64,000 nt of DNA from Solirubrobacterales bacterium (GTDB lineage: Bacteria; Actinomycetota; Thermoleophilia; Solirubrobacterales; 70-9): the NCBI GenBank assembly GCA_035712345.1, contig DASTAY010000048.1:67179-131178 (forward strand). The letters are read 5' to 3'. Below are positions 8,619 to 17,499 of the stretch, in pieces. Every line of letters begins with the position of its first letter. Position 1 is the first letter of the stretch. The notes beneath the pieces are model-generated. The model saw nothing but the letters and a program-made list of their open reading frames with translations, searched no databases and was not told the DNA's origin. The position numbers were made by a program, and so were the translations under genes.

Positions 8619-9524
8619 CTAGAGCAAATTCTTCATCGCCGCGTCGATGTCGGCAAAGCGAAACTCGTAACCGAGGTCGAGCGCCCTCCGGGGCATGACC
8701 CTTTGGCCGCCCCTGAGCACTTTCCCGAACTCCGAGCCGAATTTGAGGTCGAGGACGAAGCCCGGCACCGGCACCGAGGCGGGCCGTCTCAGGGCGCGGC
8801 CGAGCGCCTGGGCGAGCTCGCGGTTGGTGACCGGGTTGGGGGCGGTCGAGTTGATCGTGCCGCTGACCCGCTCGTTGTCGAGCGCCCAGAGCAGGATCCC
8901 GACCTCGTCGTCGATGTGGACCCACGACATGTACTGGCGCCCGCCGGCGATCGGACCGCCGAGGCCGAGCCTGAAGGGAGGGAGGAGCTCGCCGAGCAGG
9001 CCGCCGCGCGGGTCCAGGACATGCCCGGTGCGGACGATGACGAGGCGCACGCCGAGAGCCTCGACCTCCCGCGCCGCGGCCTCCCAGGCGCGCACGACCT
9101 CGGCGTCGTAGCCCTCACCGGATTCGGCCGACTCGTCGACGATCGCCTCGCCGCGGTCGCCGTAGAAGCCGATCGCCGAGCCGTTGACGAGGACCCTCGG
9201 CTTGCGCTCCAGCCCGGCGATCGCCGCGACCAGGTTGTGCGTGCCGGTGCGGCGGCTCTCCATGATCCGCCGCTTGGCGTCCTCGCTCCAGCGCTGGTTG
9301 ATCTTCTCGCCCTCGAGGTTGACGACGCCGTCGACGTTCTCGAAGGCCGCCGCTGGCGGACGTTCGAGGGTCGGCTCCCAGGCATGCCAGATGACGCCCG
9401 GGTTTGTGCCGCGGGCGCGTTGTGGGTCGCGCGAGAGGCCGATGACGCTGTCGCCGCGGGCGAGCAGCGCGTCGCAGAGCGCCGAGCCGATGAAGCCGCT
9501 CGCTCCGCTGACTAGGACGCGCAC
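8619..9524 (-). CDS. TIGR01777/YfcH-family NAD-dependent epimerase-like protein (SDR with C-terminal DUF1731)
   Basis: GTG at 9524, 4 nt after the upstream stop, gives VRVLVSGASGFIGSAL (Rossmann GxxGxxG). The C-terminus YEFRFADIDAAMKNLL is typical of the family. The longer track ORF would overlap the malic enzyme gene. Confidence 0.8.
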   Translation of the reverse strand: MRVLVSGASGFIGSALCDALLARGDSVIGLSRDPQRARGTNPGVIWHAWEPTLERPPAAAFENVDGVVNLEGEKINQRWSEDAKRRIMESRRTGTHNLVAAIAGLERKPRVLVNGSAIGFYGDRGEAIVDESAESGEGYDAEVVRAWEAAAREVEALGVRLVIVRTGHVLDPRGGLLGELLPPFRLGLGGPIAGGRQYMSWVHIDDEVGILLWALDNERVSGTINSTAPNPVTNRELAQALGRALRRPASVPVPGFVLDLKFGSEFGKVLRGGQRVMPRRALDLGYEFRFADIDAAMKNLL

Positions 9525-9528
9525 CGGA

Positions 9529-10986
9529 TCAGCCCACCTCGACGGTGGAGAAGGTGCCGGTCTCCTCGCTGAAGCGCGCGAGGCCCTCGCGCTTGGCCTC
9601 CTCGACGACGGCCTTTGCGACAAGGGGGGCGACTTCGCGGTTGAAGACGCTGGGGATGATGTAGTCCTCGGAGAGGTCCTCCTCGGTGACCGCGATCGCG
9701 ATGCCCTTGGCGGCGGCGAGCTTCATCTCCTCGGTGATGTTGGGCGAGCCGGCGTCGAGCGCGCCGCGGAAGATGCCGGGGAAGCAGAGCACGTTGTTGA
9801 TCTGGTTCGGGTAATCGGAGCGTCCCGTCGCCATGATCCGCACGTAGGGGGCGGCGTCCTCGGGCATCACCTCGGGGGTCGGGTTGGCCATCGCGAAGAC
9901 GATCGCGTCATCATTCATCTTGCTCAGCGCCTCCGCCGAGATGATCCCCGGCCCGGACAGGCCGACGAAGAGGTCCATCCCCTCGATCACGTCGGCGGGC
10001 TGCCCGCTGAGCTTCTCCGGGTTGGAGTTCTCCGCGTACCAGCGCTTGATCCCGCTCATCTCGCCGGATTGGTAATCCTCGCGCTCGGTCGAGAGGGCGC
10101 CCTGGCGGTCGCAGCCGACGACGTGGGTCACCCCGGAGGCGAGCATCATCTTGGTCACCGCCACGCCCGCGGCGCCGAGGCCGACGACGAGCACGCGCAG
10201 CTGCTCGATCGGCTTGCCGACGATCTTCAGCGCGTTGAACAGCGCCGCCATCGTGACCACGGCCGTGCCGTGCTGGTCGTCGTGGAATACGGGAATGTCG
10301 AGCGTCTTCTTCAGCCGCTCCTCGATCTCGAAGCAGCGCGGGGCGGAGATGTCCTCGAGGTTGATGCCGCCGAAGGTCGGGGCGATCAATTCGACGGCCT
10401 TGATGATCTCCTCGGTGTCCTGGGTGTCGAGGCAGATCGGGAAGGCGTCGACTTCGGCGAACTCCTTGAACAGCATCGCCTTGCCCTCCATAACCGGCAT
10501 CGCCGCCTCCGGGCCGATGTTGCCGAGGCCGAGGACGGCGCTGCCGTCTGAGACGACGGCGACGGTGTTCTTCTTGATCGTGTACTCGAAGGCCTTGGCG
10601 CGGTCGGCGTGGATGTCCTCGCAGACGCGGGCGACGCCCGGCGTGTAGGCCATCGAGAGGTCGTCGCGCGTCTTCAGCGGGTACTTGTTCTCGACCGAGA
10701 TCTTGCCGCCGCGGTGCATCTGCATCGTGCGGTCGACGTAGTCGAGCACCTTGGCGCCCCGGGTCGAGCCGATCGCCCGCAGGATCTGCTCCCAGTGGGG
10801 CCGGTCCTGGGCGTCGATCGTGAACTCGCGCACCCGCTTGCCCTCGCCGCCCGCGCCGGGCACCAGGTCGACGCCCTGCAGCTGCCCGCCCGCCTCGGCG
10901 ATCGACGCAGTCAGCTTGCCCAGGGGCTCCTGCCGGGCATCGAGCTCGACCCGGATCGTGACGCTGTATTGCGCGCTGACGGCCAT
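9529..10986 (-). CDS. NAD(P)-dependent malic enzyme with N-terminal ACT-like domain
   Basis: This 485-aa ORF has malic enzyme motifs (LSMAYTPGVARVC, VVSDGSAVLGLGNIG, VGLGAAGVA, FANPTPEV-like MANPTPEV). These are preceded by an ~75-aa ACT-like segment. Confidence 0.88.
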   Translation of the reverse strand: MAVSAQYSVTIRVELDARQEPLGKLTASIAEAGGQLQGVDLVPGAGGEGKRVREFTIDAQDRPHWEQILRAIGSTRGAKVLDYVDRTMQMHRGGKISVENKYPLKTRDDLSMAYTPGVARVCEDIHADRAKAFEYTIKKNTVAVVSDGSAVLGLGNIGPEAAMPVMEGKAMLFKEFAEVDAFPICLDTQDTEEIIKAVELIAPTFGGINLEDISAPRCFEIEERLKKTLDIPVFHDDQHGTAVVTMAALFNALKIVGKPIEQLRVLVVGLGAAGVAVTKMMLASGVTHVVGCDRQGALSTEREDYQSGEMSGIKRWYAENSNPEKLSGQPADVIEGMDLFVGLSGPGIISAEALSKMNDDAIVFAMANPTPEVMPEDAAPYVRIMATGRSDYPNQINNVLCFPGIFRGALDAGSPNITEEMKLAAAKGIAIAVTEEDLSEDYIIPSVFNREVAPLVAKAVVEEAKREGLARFSEETGTFSTVEVG

Positions 10987-11212
10987 GAGCGGCTATCGAA
11001 TCAGATTCGTCGCCCGGGCCCGTCCGCCGTCTTCGGGTACGCTCGCGGTGTGCGGGTATTCCCGGTCCCCCAGCAGGGGGAAAATCGCGGCCCTATCGGC
11101 GATCGCCGCTTTGGGCTGTCCTTTCTAGTTCCTCTTCGGAGAGCGCACGCGCGGCGAAGCAAGTCGGGCTGACAAGGGGAGAATCGATGTTCCCTGGCTC
11201 CTTAGTCGCAAT

Positions 11213-12193
11213 ATGTGCGACCAACGCGCCATTCCGGATGCAGCGATCGCTGTGGTGGCCGCTCGGCAGCATGGCGTGGTGTCGGTTGAGCAGCTGCGCG
11301 CAGTGGGGCTGGACAAGCACCGCGTGAGGCACCGCGTCCGCGTGGGAAGGCTGCACCACGTTCACCGCGGGGTTTACGCGGTCGGTCATCCGGCACGGTC
11401 GAGCAAGGCTGTGTGGATGGCTGCCGTGATCGCATGCGGCAGGGCGGCCGGTGCAGCTCACGAAGGCGTGCTGGACGGAAGCACATTGGCGGACTGTCGA
11501 GATGAGGATGCCCATGACCTCGATCTCCCGAGCATGCCCGTCCTCGACTACTGGGGGGCCGCGCTGAGTCATCGCAGCGCCGCGCAGTTGTGGGAGTTGC
11601 TTCCGCTTTCGGAGGGCCCGGCCGACATCTCCGTTCCCGGCGATCGGGGACGACGAAGACGCCGTGGCATTCGCCTGCACCGCAGCCTTGCTCTCCTGCC
11701 AGCCTCGGTGACGCTTCGAGACGGCATCGCCGTCACGACCCCGGCGAAGACGATCGCGGACCTCAGGCGGGTGTCGAGGGGCGCGGGCCGGTTGATCTCG
11801 CCATGGGAGCTGAGGCGGGCTGTCCGGCAGGCGAACGTGCTGGGCCTGCCGATCGACGAGGTCGACCGGCGCGACCGGACCCGCAGCGACCTGGAGCGGG
11901 ACTTCCTGAATCTGTGTCGCCGGCGGGGACTCCCTGCGCCCGAGGTCAACGTGCGCGTCGGGCGGCACCTCGTCGACTTCCTCTGGCGAGACCGCAAGCT
12001 CGTCGTCGAAACCGACGGGTACGCCGCTCACCGAGGGCTCGCCGCGTTCGAGGATGACCGGGGTCGCGACCTAGATCTGCGCGCGCGGGGCTTCGAAGTG
12101 ATCCACCTGGCCGGAAAGCAGCTGGACGAGGAGCCGCAATTGGTCGCGGAGGTCGTCGGCGCTGCCCTTAGAGTTGGCGCCGATGTCCCCTGA
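11213..12193 (+). CDS. DUF559 (Vsr-like endonuclease fold) protein with AbiEi_4-like N-terminal HTH domain
   Basis: The N-terminus is QHGVVSVEQLRAVGL..HRGVYAVGH. The C-terminus is VDFLWRDRKLVVETDGYAAH..DRGRDLDLRARGFEVIHL, characteristic of actinobacterial DUF559 paralogs. The 3-prime end overlaps the polA start by 11 nt. Confidence 0.75.
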   Translation: MCDQRAIPDAAIAVVAARQHGVVSVEQLRAVGLDKHRVRHRVRVGRLHHVHRGVYAVGHPARSSKAVWMAAVIACGRAAGAAHEGVLDGSTLADCRDEDAHDLDLPSMPVLDYWGAALSHRSAAQLWELLPLSEGPADISVPGDRGRRRRRGIRLHRSLALLPASVTLRDGIAVTTPAKTIADLRRVSRGAGRLISPWELRRAVRQANVLGLPIDEVDRRDRTRSDLERDFLNLCRRRGLPAPEVNVRVGRHLVDFLWRDRKLVVETDGYAAHRGLAAFEDDRGRDLDLRARGFEVIHLAGKQLDEEPQLVAEVVGAALRVGADVP

Positions 12194-14816
12194 CTCCTCC
12201 GCCAAGCCCGAGCTCTTCTTGATCGACGGCAACTCGCTCGCCTACCGGGCGTTCTTCGCCCTGCCGGAGTCGATCGGGACCAGCGACGGGCGGCCGACGA
12301 ACGCGATCTACGGGCTCGCCTCGATGCTGGTCAAGATCATCGACGAGCACCATCCGGCCGGCGTGGTCGTCGCCTGGGACGCGGGCATGTCCGGACGCGA
12401 GGTCACCTACGACCTCTACAAGGCGCAGCGCAAACCGCGCCCAGACCTGCTGCGCGAGCAGTGGCCGCACCTGATGCCGCTGGTCGAGGCGTTCGGCTAC
12501 ACCAACGTCAAGGTCGAGGGCTATGAGGCCGACGACGTGATCGCCTCGCTCAGTCGCCAGGCCCGCGAAGAGGGGATCGACGTGATGGTCGTGACCGGCG
12601 ACCGCGACGCCTACCAGCTCGTCGGTCCCGGCGTGCGGGTGATGAGCACCTCGCGCGGGATCACCGAGACCAAGATCTACGACGAGGCGGCGGTGGAGGA
12701 GCGCTACGGCGTGCCGCCGGAGCTGATCACCGACCTGATGGGGCTGCGCGGCGACACCTCCGACAACATCCCCGGGGTGCCCGGGATCGGCGAGAAGACC
12801 GCCACCCAGCTGCTGCAGCGATTCGGCACGCTGGAGCGGGTCCTGGCCAGCGTCGACGAGATCTCCGGCGCCAAGCGCAAGCAGAACCTGGTCGAGCACG
12901 CCGAGGACGCGCGCATGTCCAAGCAGCTGGCGACGCTGCAGTACGAGATCGACACCGGCGTCGACCTGGCCGGGGCGATGGACTCGGAGCCCGATCGAGG
13001 CGCCTTGCGCGATTTCATGCGGGAGTTCGAGCTGCGGGCGGTGTTGGAGCGGCTCGAAGAAGCGCTGCCCGAAGGCGAGGCCGTGCCCGGTCGCAGCGTC
13101 GAGCAGGAGCTGGCGGTCGAGGTCGAGGAGGGGACCCCGGACGATCTCGGCGACGGCCCGGTCGCGCTCGGGATCGCCGCCGAGCGCTGGGCCGCGACGC
13201 AGGACGAGCGCACGATCGCGGGCAACTCGACCCTCGACGAGCTCGCCGTCGCGCTGGCCGGCCGCCCGCTCGCCGCCCACGACATCAAGTCGCTCGGCGG
13301 CGGCCGCCACGGCCTGCTCGCCGCCGCGGCGCGAGAGGGGATCGAGCTGACCCTCGACCACGACACGCTGCTTGCCGCCTATCTGCTCGAGCCGCAGCGG
13401 CGCACCTACGAGCTGACCGAGCTCGCCGCCGACGCCGGCATCGGCCTCGCCGAGGGCGCAACCGCCGAGAGTGACGAGGAGGACGGCCAGATGGCGTTGG
13501 GAGAGGAGGTCGAGGCCGGGCTCGACGCCCCCGAGGAAGCGCGCCTGGTCGCTGCTCTCGCCGACAACCAGCGACCCCGTCTCGAGCAGCTCGAGCTGAC
13601 CTCGCTCCTGCGCGAGGTCGAGCTGCCGCTGGTCCACGTCCTCGGGGCGATGGAGCGCGAGGGGCTGAAGCTCGATGCCGAGCGCCTGGCCGAGGTCGGC
13701 GCCGGCTTCGGCGAGCGGATCGCGACCCTGGAGAAGGAGATCTTCGAGCTGGCCGAGGAGGAGTTCACGATCGGCTCGCCGCAGCAGGTCGGCCGCATCC
13801 TCTTCGAGAAGCTCGGCCTGACGAAGAAGAGGCGCGGCAAGACGGGCTTCTCGACCGACGCCCGCGTGCTCGCCCAGATCCGCGACGAGCACCCGATCGT
13901 CGAGAAGATCGAGAGCTGGCGCGAGCTGACCAAGCTGAAGAACACCTACCTCGACTCGCTGCCCGACCTGATCGACCCGGACACCGGGCGCGTCCACACG
14001 ACCTTCAACCAGGCTTCGACCACGACCGGGCGCCTCTCCAGCACCAACCCCAACCTGCAGAACATCCCGATCCGCACCGAGATCGGCCGCCCGGTGCGCG
14101 CCTGCTTCGTCGCCGAGCTCGGCGCCCGCCTGCTCTCCGCCGACTACAGCCAGGTCGAGCTGCGCGTGCTCGCCCACGTCGCCGAGGAGGAGGTGCTGAA
14201 GGAGATCTTCCGGGCCGGCGAAGACGTCCACGCCGCAACCGCGGCCGAGGTCTTCGAGATCTCACGTGAGGACGTCGACGTCGGCCAGCGCTCTAAGGCG
14301 AAGATGGTGAACTTCGGCATCGTCTACGGCCTCACCGGCTTCGGCCTCTCCGACCGGCTCAACATCCCGCGCAAGGAGGGCGAGGAATTCGTCGCTCGCT
14401 ACCTGGAGCGGTTCCCGGCGGTGCGCGCCTTTCGCGAGCAGGTGGTCGAGCGCGCGCAGGAGGAGGGCTACGTGCGCACCCTGCTCGGCCGGCGCCGCCC
14501 GATCCCCGAGCTGCGCTCCGGCAATCCCAACACGCGCCGTCTCGGCGAGCGCCTCGCCGTCAACACGGTGATTCAGGGGACGGCGGCCGACATCATCAAG
14601 CTGGCGATGGTGCGCTGCCAGAACGCGCTCGCCGAGCGCGAGGCGAAGACCCGGCTGGTGCTGCAGATCCACGACGAGCTCCTCTTCGAGGGCCCGCCGG
14701 AGGAGATGGACGACGCGACCGGGCTGGTGCGGCGCGAGATGTGCGCCGCCTACCAGCTCGATCCGCCGTTGGAGGTGGACATCGGCGTGGGCCCGGACTG
14801 GCTCGACGCCAAGTAG
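12183..14816 (+). CDS. polA: DNA polymerase I
   Basis: ATG at 12183 gives MSPDSSAKPELFLIDGNSLAYRAFFALPE (5-prime nuclease domain). The polymerase motifs DYSQVELRVLAH, RSKAKMVNFGIVYG and QIHDELLFE are present. Confidence 0.95.
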   Translation: MSPDSSAKPELFLIDGNSLAYRAFFALPESIGTSDGRPTNAIYGLASMLVKIIDEHHPAGVVVAWDAGMSGREVTYDLYKAQRKPRPDLLREQWPHLMPLVEAFGYTNVKVEGYEADDVIASLSRQAREEGIDVMVVTGDRDAYQLVGPGVRVMSTSRGITETKIYDEAAVEERYGVPPELITDLMGLRGDTSDNIPGVPGIGEKTATQLLQRFGTLERVLASVDEISGAKRKQNLVEHAEDARMSKQLATLQYEIDTGVDLAGAMDSEPDRGALRDFMREFELRAVLERLEEALPEGEAVPGRSVEQELAVEVEEGTPDDLGDGPVALGIAAERWAATQDERTIAGNSTLDELAVALAGRPLAAHDIKSLGGGRHGLLAAAAREGIELTLDHDTLLAAYLLEPQRRTYELTELAADAGIGLAEGATAESDEEDGQMALGEEVEAGLDAPEEARLVAALADNQRPRLEQLELTSLLREVELPLVHVLGAMEREGLKLDAERLAEVGAGFGERIATLEKEIFELAEEEFTIGSPQQVGRILFEKLGLTKKRRGKTGFSTDARVLAQIRDEHPIVEKIESWRELTKLKNTYLDSLPDLIDPDTGRVHTTFNQASTTTGRLSSTNPNLQNIPIRTEIGRPVRACFVAELGARLLSADYSQVELRVLAHVAEEEVLKEIFRAGEDVHAATAAEVFEISREDVDVGQRSKAKMVNFGIVYGLTGFGLSDRLNIPRKEGEEFVARYLERFPAVRAFREQVVERAQEEGYVRTLLGRRRPIPELRSGNPNTRRLGERLAVNTVIQGTAADIIKLAMVRCQNALAEREAKTRLVLQIHDELLFEGPPEEMDDATGLVRREMCAAYQLDPPLEVDIGVGPDWLDAK

Positions 14817-14838
14817 CCCGCCTCGCCGCTCTCCCTCC

Positions 14839-15420
14839 CTAGCCGGCGGTTTCTTCTTCGCTCTTCGGCAGCGCGACGATCGACCAGATCGCCTTGCCGT
14901 CGACCAGGACGAGGTCGGCGAACCTGACCGTCTTGCCGGCAGTCAGGTCGCCGGTACCGCAGCTCTCGCCGTGCCCGTCCCCGCGCCCCGGGCCCTCGCT
15001 GCGACCGGGGGCGGTCCCGTCGTGCCCGGGCGGGTCGTCGCCGTTGGCATGGTTGTCGTCGCCGGGCTCTTCTTCGCCCTGGCGATGGTTGTCCTCGCCT
15101 TCGCCGTCGTCACCGCCGCCTCCCGGTCCCCGGTCGGACGTAGTGGCCGCGTGGCGCAGGCCGTCCCGGCCTCGATGGCGTCCGTTGTCGCAGTGGATGT
15201 GCGTGCGAGGCGTGACCAGGCCGCTGACGCTGCCGCCTTCGGCCAGTTCGATCGTGAGGACGCCGCTTTCGGGGTCGAAGGACTGGATCGTGCCGGCGTC
15301 GGCCAGGCTGTCGTGGCCGTGGTGCGCCGAGGCGATTCCGGGCAGCGCTACGAGCGCCAGGGCCGCGGCAACTGCGACCAGCACTCCCGCGAGCCGGGTT
15401 CGATTGCCGTGCGGATTCAT
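14839..15420 (-). CDS. secreted His/Asp/Gly-rich hypothetical protein (193 aa)
   Basis: ATG at 15420 is preceded by AGGAGG with a 7-nt spacer. The signal peptide is LAGVLVAVAAALALVALPGIASA followed by HHGHD. The central linker is acidic and His-rich. The gene lies immediately downstream of the sigma factor gene. Confidence 0.65.
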   Translation of the reverse strand: MNPHGNRTRLAGVLVAVAAALALVALPGIASAHHGHDSLADAGTIQSFDPESGVLTIELAEGGSVSGLVTPRTHIHCDNGRHRGRDGLRHAATTSDRGPGGGGDDGEGEDNHRQGEEEPGDDNHANGDDPPGHDGTAPGRSEGPGRGDGHGESCGTGDLTAGKTVRFADLVLVDGKAIWSIVALPKSEEETAG

Positions 15421-15491
15421 CTTTGTTCCTCCTGGTTGAGTGGATTCGAGCGAAGACGCTTCGACCGGAGAACCCCGGCGGGGGACGAAGA

Positions 15492-16943
15492 TCACGGCGA
15501 TTCGTACTCCTGTCCACCGTCGCGGGAGCCGTCGTAAGAGGAATCGCCGCCGGAACCCGAGCCGCCGGAATCGCCCGAGCCGCCCTTTTCTTCCGAGCTC
15601 GCTTCGGCGGGTGGGGGAGAAGCGACGCTGTCCGGGCTCTCTCCCGAGCTCGAACCTCCGCCTCCCGGGCCGCTGTTTCCGCCTGAGCCGCTGCTCGATT
15701 CGTCCCCCCCGCCCGAGCCGCCGCGCCCGGAGCTGCCGCTTTCGGAGGAGAGAAGGTCGTCGCCAGGGCCGCCGTCTCCGTGGCCACTGTGAGATTCATT
15801 TCCTTCGACGTGGTCGCTGCCACCGCTGTGCCCCGAGTCCGAGCCTCCCCGGCCGCTGCGGCCGGAGGATTCATCGCCGTCGAAGTCGTCCCTCGAGCTT
15901 TGCCCGCCGTGCCGCTCGCCGTGGCGCCGCCCCGGACCGGACGACGAGCCGGGTCCCCCACCGGAGCCCTGGAGGCGCTCGCCGACCTGCACCGCCGTTC
16001 CCCTCCCCGTCGTACCCGAGGCCCCGCCGGAGCCCTGGCCGCTGCCCGCTCCATGCCGTCTTTGGCCGGGGCGCCGGGGACCGCTCGTAAGGACCGCGTC
16101 GGCGAGTCTGGTCGAGGCCGTCGGGCCCCGACCGGGCGCTGCGCTCGTGACGGCGGTCGCCCCATGCGATCCAGCGGGGTTGTCCTTGCGGTGGTCGTGG
16201 ACGGCGACCCCCGCGCCGACCGAACCGGCGAGGAGGGCTGCAAGGACGCCGACCTTGATCGCACCGCCCGCTCCCGCGCCGCCGGCGGATGCCCCTGCCG
16301 CCGCAATCGCGCCGCCGGTCCCGGCGGCTTCGCCGCCGTGGTCGGCCAGCAGCCGGAGGAGGGGAAGCGGCAGCAGCATCCCGGCGCCGTCGCGCAGCGC
16401 CTGTCGCGCCCGGTAGATCGCCTGGCGGGCGCCGCCGCCGGTCAGGCCGAGGGCCGCGGCGATCTCCTCGTGGCCCAGCCCCTCCAGCTCGCGCATCACG
16501 ATCGCGGCCCGCTGCGGCTCGGGCAGGGCCTGCAGGCGCCGCATCAGGTCGGCGAGCTCCTCGCGCTGCTCGAGCTCGTCGACGGGGTTTCTGCCCCCCG
16601 CCAGCGCCTCCGCGAGGAGCTCCGGCGACGGCGGGCTGTCACGCAGGTCGTTGAGCGCGGTGTTGCGGACGATCCTGAACAGCCACGGCCGCAGGTCGAT
16701 CTCGGCCTCGTCGCGCAGCAGCGCCGGCAGGGCCTTGGCGAAGGCATCCTGGAGCACGTCCTCGGAGCGGCCGCCGACGATCGAAGCCGCGTAGCGGCCC
16801 AGCGGACGGCCGTAGCGGCGGACGATCTCCTCGAAGGCGGTCTCGTACCCTTCGCGCACGAGCCTCACCAATCGCCGGTCCGGCTGCGCACGCAGCGCCG
16901 GAGCGAGAAAGAGGCGGGACGCGAGTCCCTCTGCTGGTGGCAT
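15492..16943 (-). CDS. ECF-type sigma-70 family factor fused to a C-terminal transmembrane segment and ~250-aa Gly/Ser/Asp-rich low-complexity region
   Basis: Region 2 (DVLQDAFAKAL..RPWLFRIVRNTALNDLR) and region 4 (LPEPQRAAIVMRELEGLGHEEIAAALGLTGGGARQAIYRARQAL) are recognisable. They are followed by the hydrophobic IKVGVLAALLAGSVGAGVAV and a long disordered tail in the same uninterrupted frame. Confidence 0.7.
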   Translation of the reverse strand: MPPAEGLASRLFLAPALRAQPDRRLVRLVREGYETAFEEIVRRYGRPLGRYAASIVGGRSEDVLQDAFAKALPALLRDEAEIDLRPWLFRIVRNTALNDLRDSPPSPELLAEALAGGRNPVDELEQREELADLMRRLQALPEPQRAAIVMRELEGLGHEEIAAALGLTGGGARQAIYRARQALRDGAGMLLPLPLLRLLADHGGEAAGTGGAIAAAGASAGGAGAGGAIKVGVLAALLAGSVGAGVAVHDHRKDNPAGSHGATAVTSAAPGRGPTASTRLADAVLTSGPRRPGQRRHGAGSGQGSGGASGTTGRGTAVQVGERLQGSGGGPGSSSGPGRRHGERHGGQSSRDDFDGDESSGRSGRGGSDSGHSGGSDHVEGNESHSGHGDGGPGDDLLSSESGSSGRGGSGGGDESSSGSGGNSGPGGGGSSSGESPDSVASPPPAEASSEEKGGSGDSGGSGSGGDSSYDGSRDGGQEYESP

Positions 16944-17028
16944 CTGCGGCTCGATCCTCCCGGGTTACTGATATGACAGCGCGCAGGTTCACCTACGCCG
17001 GACCTTCGTTCGATGCAACACGCCAGCC

Positions 17029-17499
17029 ATGCCAAGATCACGCTCGAGCCGGGCCCCCTTCGTGGATAAGGGCCTGGCCGTCGTCCTCACCGCCCTCGCC
17101 GGCGGCCTGATCGCGCTGCAGGCGCCGATCAACGCCGGGCTGGGGAAATCGACCGGCAGCCTGCCCGCGGCGCTCGTCTCCTTCGGCGTCGGCACGATCG
17201 CGCTCGCCGCGATCGTCGTACTCAGCGGCAAGGCGGGGGGCCTGGACTCGACCTTCGACGTCAGCTGGTACTACCTGCTCGGCGGCCTGCTCGGCGCCGT
17301 CTACGTCACCAACGCGCTGATCGCGGTCTCCGTAGTCGGCGCCGGTGGGGTGGCCGCGGCGACGATCGCCGGCCAGCTGACCGCCTCGGTGGCGATCGAC
17401 CGGCTAGGCCTGTTCGGCCTCGACCAGGTCCCACTCAGCCCCGAGCGGGTGATCGGCGTCGTCCTGCTGATGGCGGGCACCGTTCTCGTCGTCCGCTGA
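17029..17499 (+). CDS. DMT-superfamily small membrane transporter (DUF606/YdcZ-like)
   Basis: This 156-aa protein is very hydrophobic with 4-5 predicted helices. QAPINAGLGK is typical of DUF606. Confidence 0.6.
   Translation: MPRSRSSRAPFVDKGLAVVLTALAGGLIALQAPINAGLGKSTGSLPAALVSFGVGTIALAAIVVLSGKAGGLDSTFDVSWYYLLGGLLGAVYVTNALIAVSVVGAGGVAAATIAGQLTASVAIDRLGLFGLDQVPLSPERVIGVVLLMAGTVLVVR

Noticed and set aside
15110-16306. An alternative 398-aa minus-strand frame overlaps the sigma factor tail and the His-rich protein gene.
   Set aside because: The translation is an Arg/Pro/Ala-rich run without motifs. The Gly/Ser/Asp frame is contiguous with the sigma domain, and the downstream gene has its own strong SD.
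16944-17028. I considered an ECF-type autoregulated promoter (GAAC ... CGT) upstream of the sigma factor gene.
   Set aside because: GAAC motifs are present on the minus strand, but I could not find a convincing -10 element at the proper spacing. The evidence is too weak to call.
17404-17499. There is a 96-bp convergent overlap between the DUF606 transporter gene and the FAD-dependent reductase gene.
   Set aside because: This is most simply explained by late stop codons in GC-rich DNA extending non-conserved C-terminal tails. No additional structure or motif is seen in the overlap.
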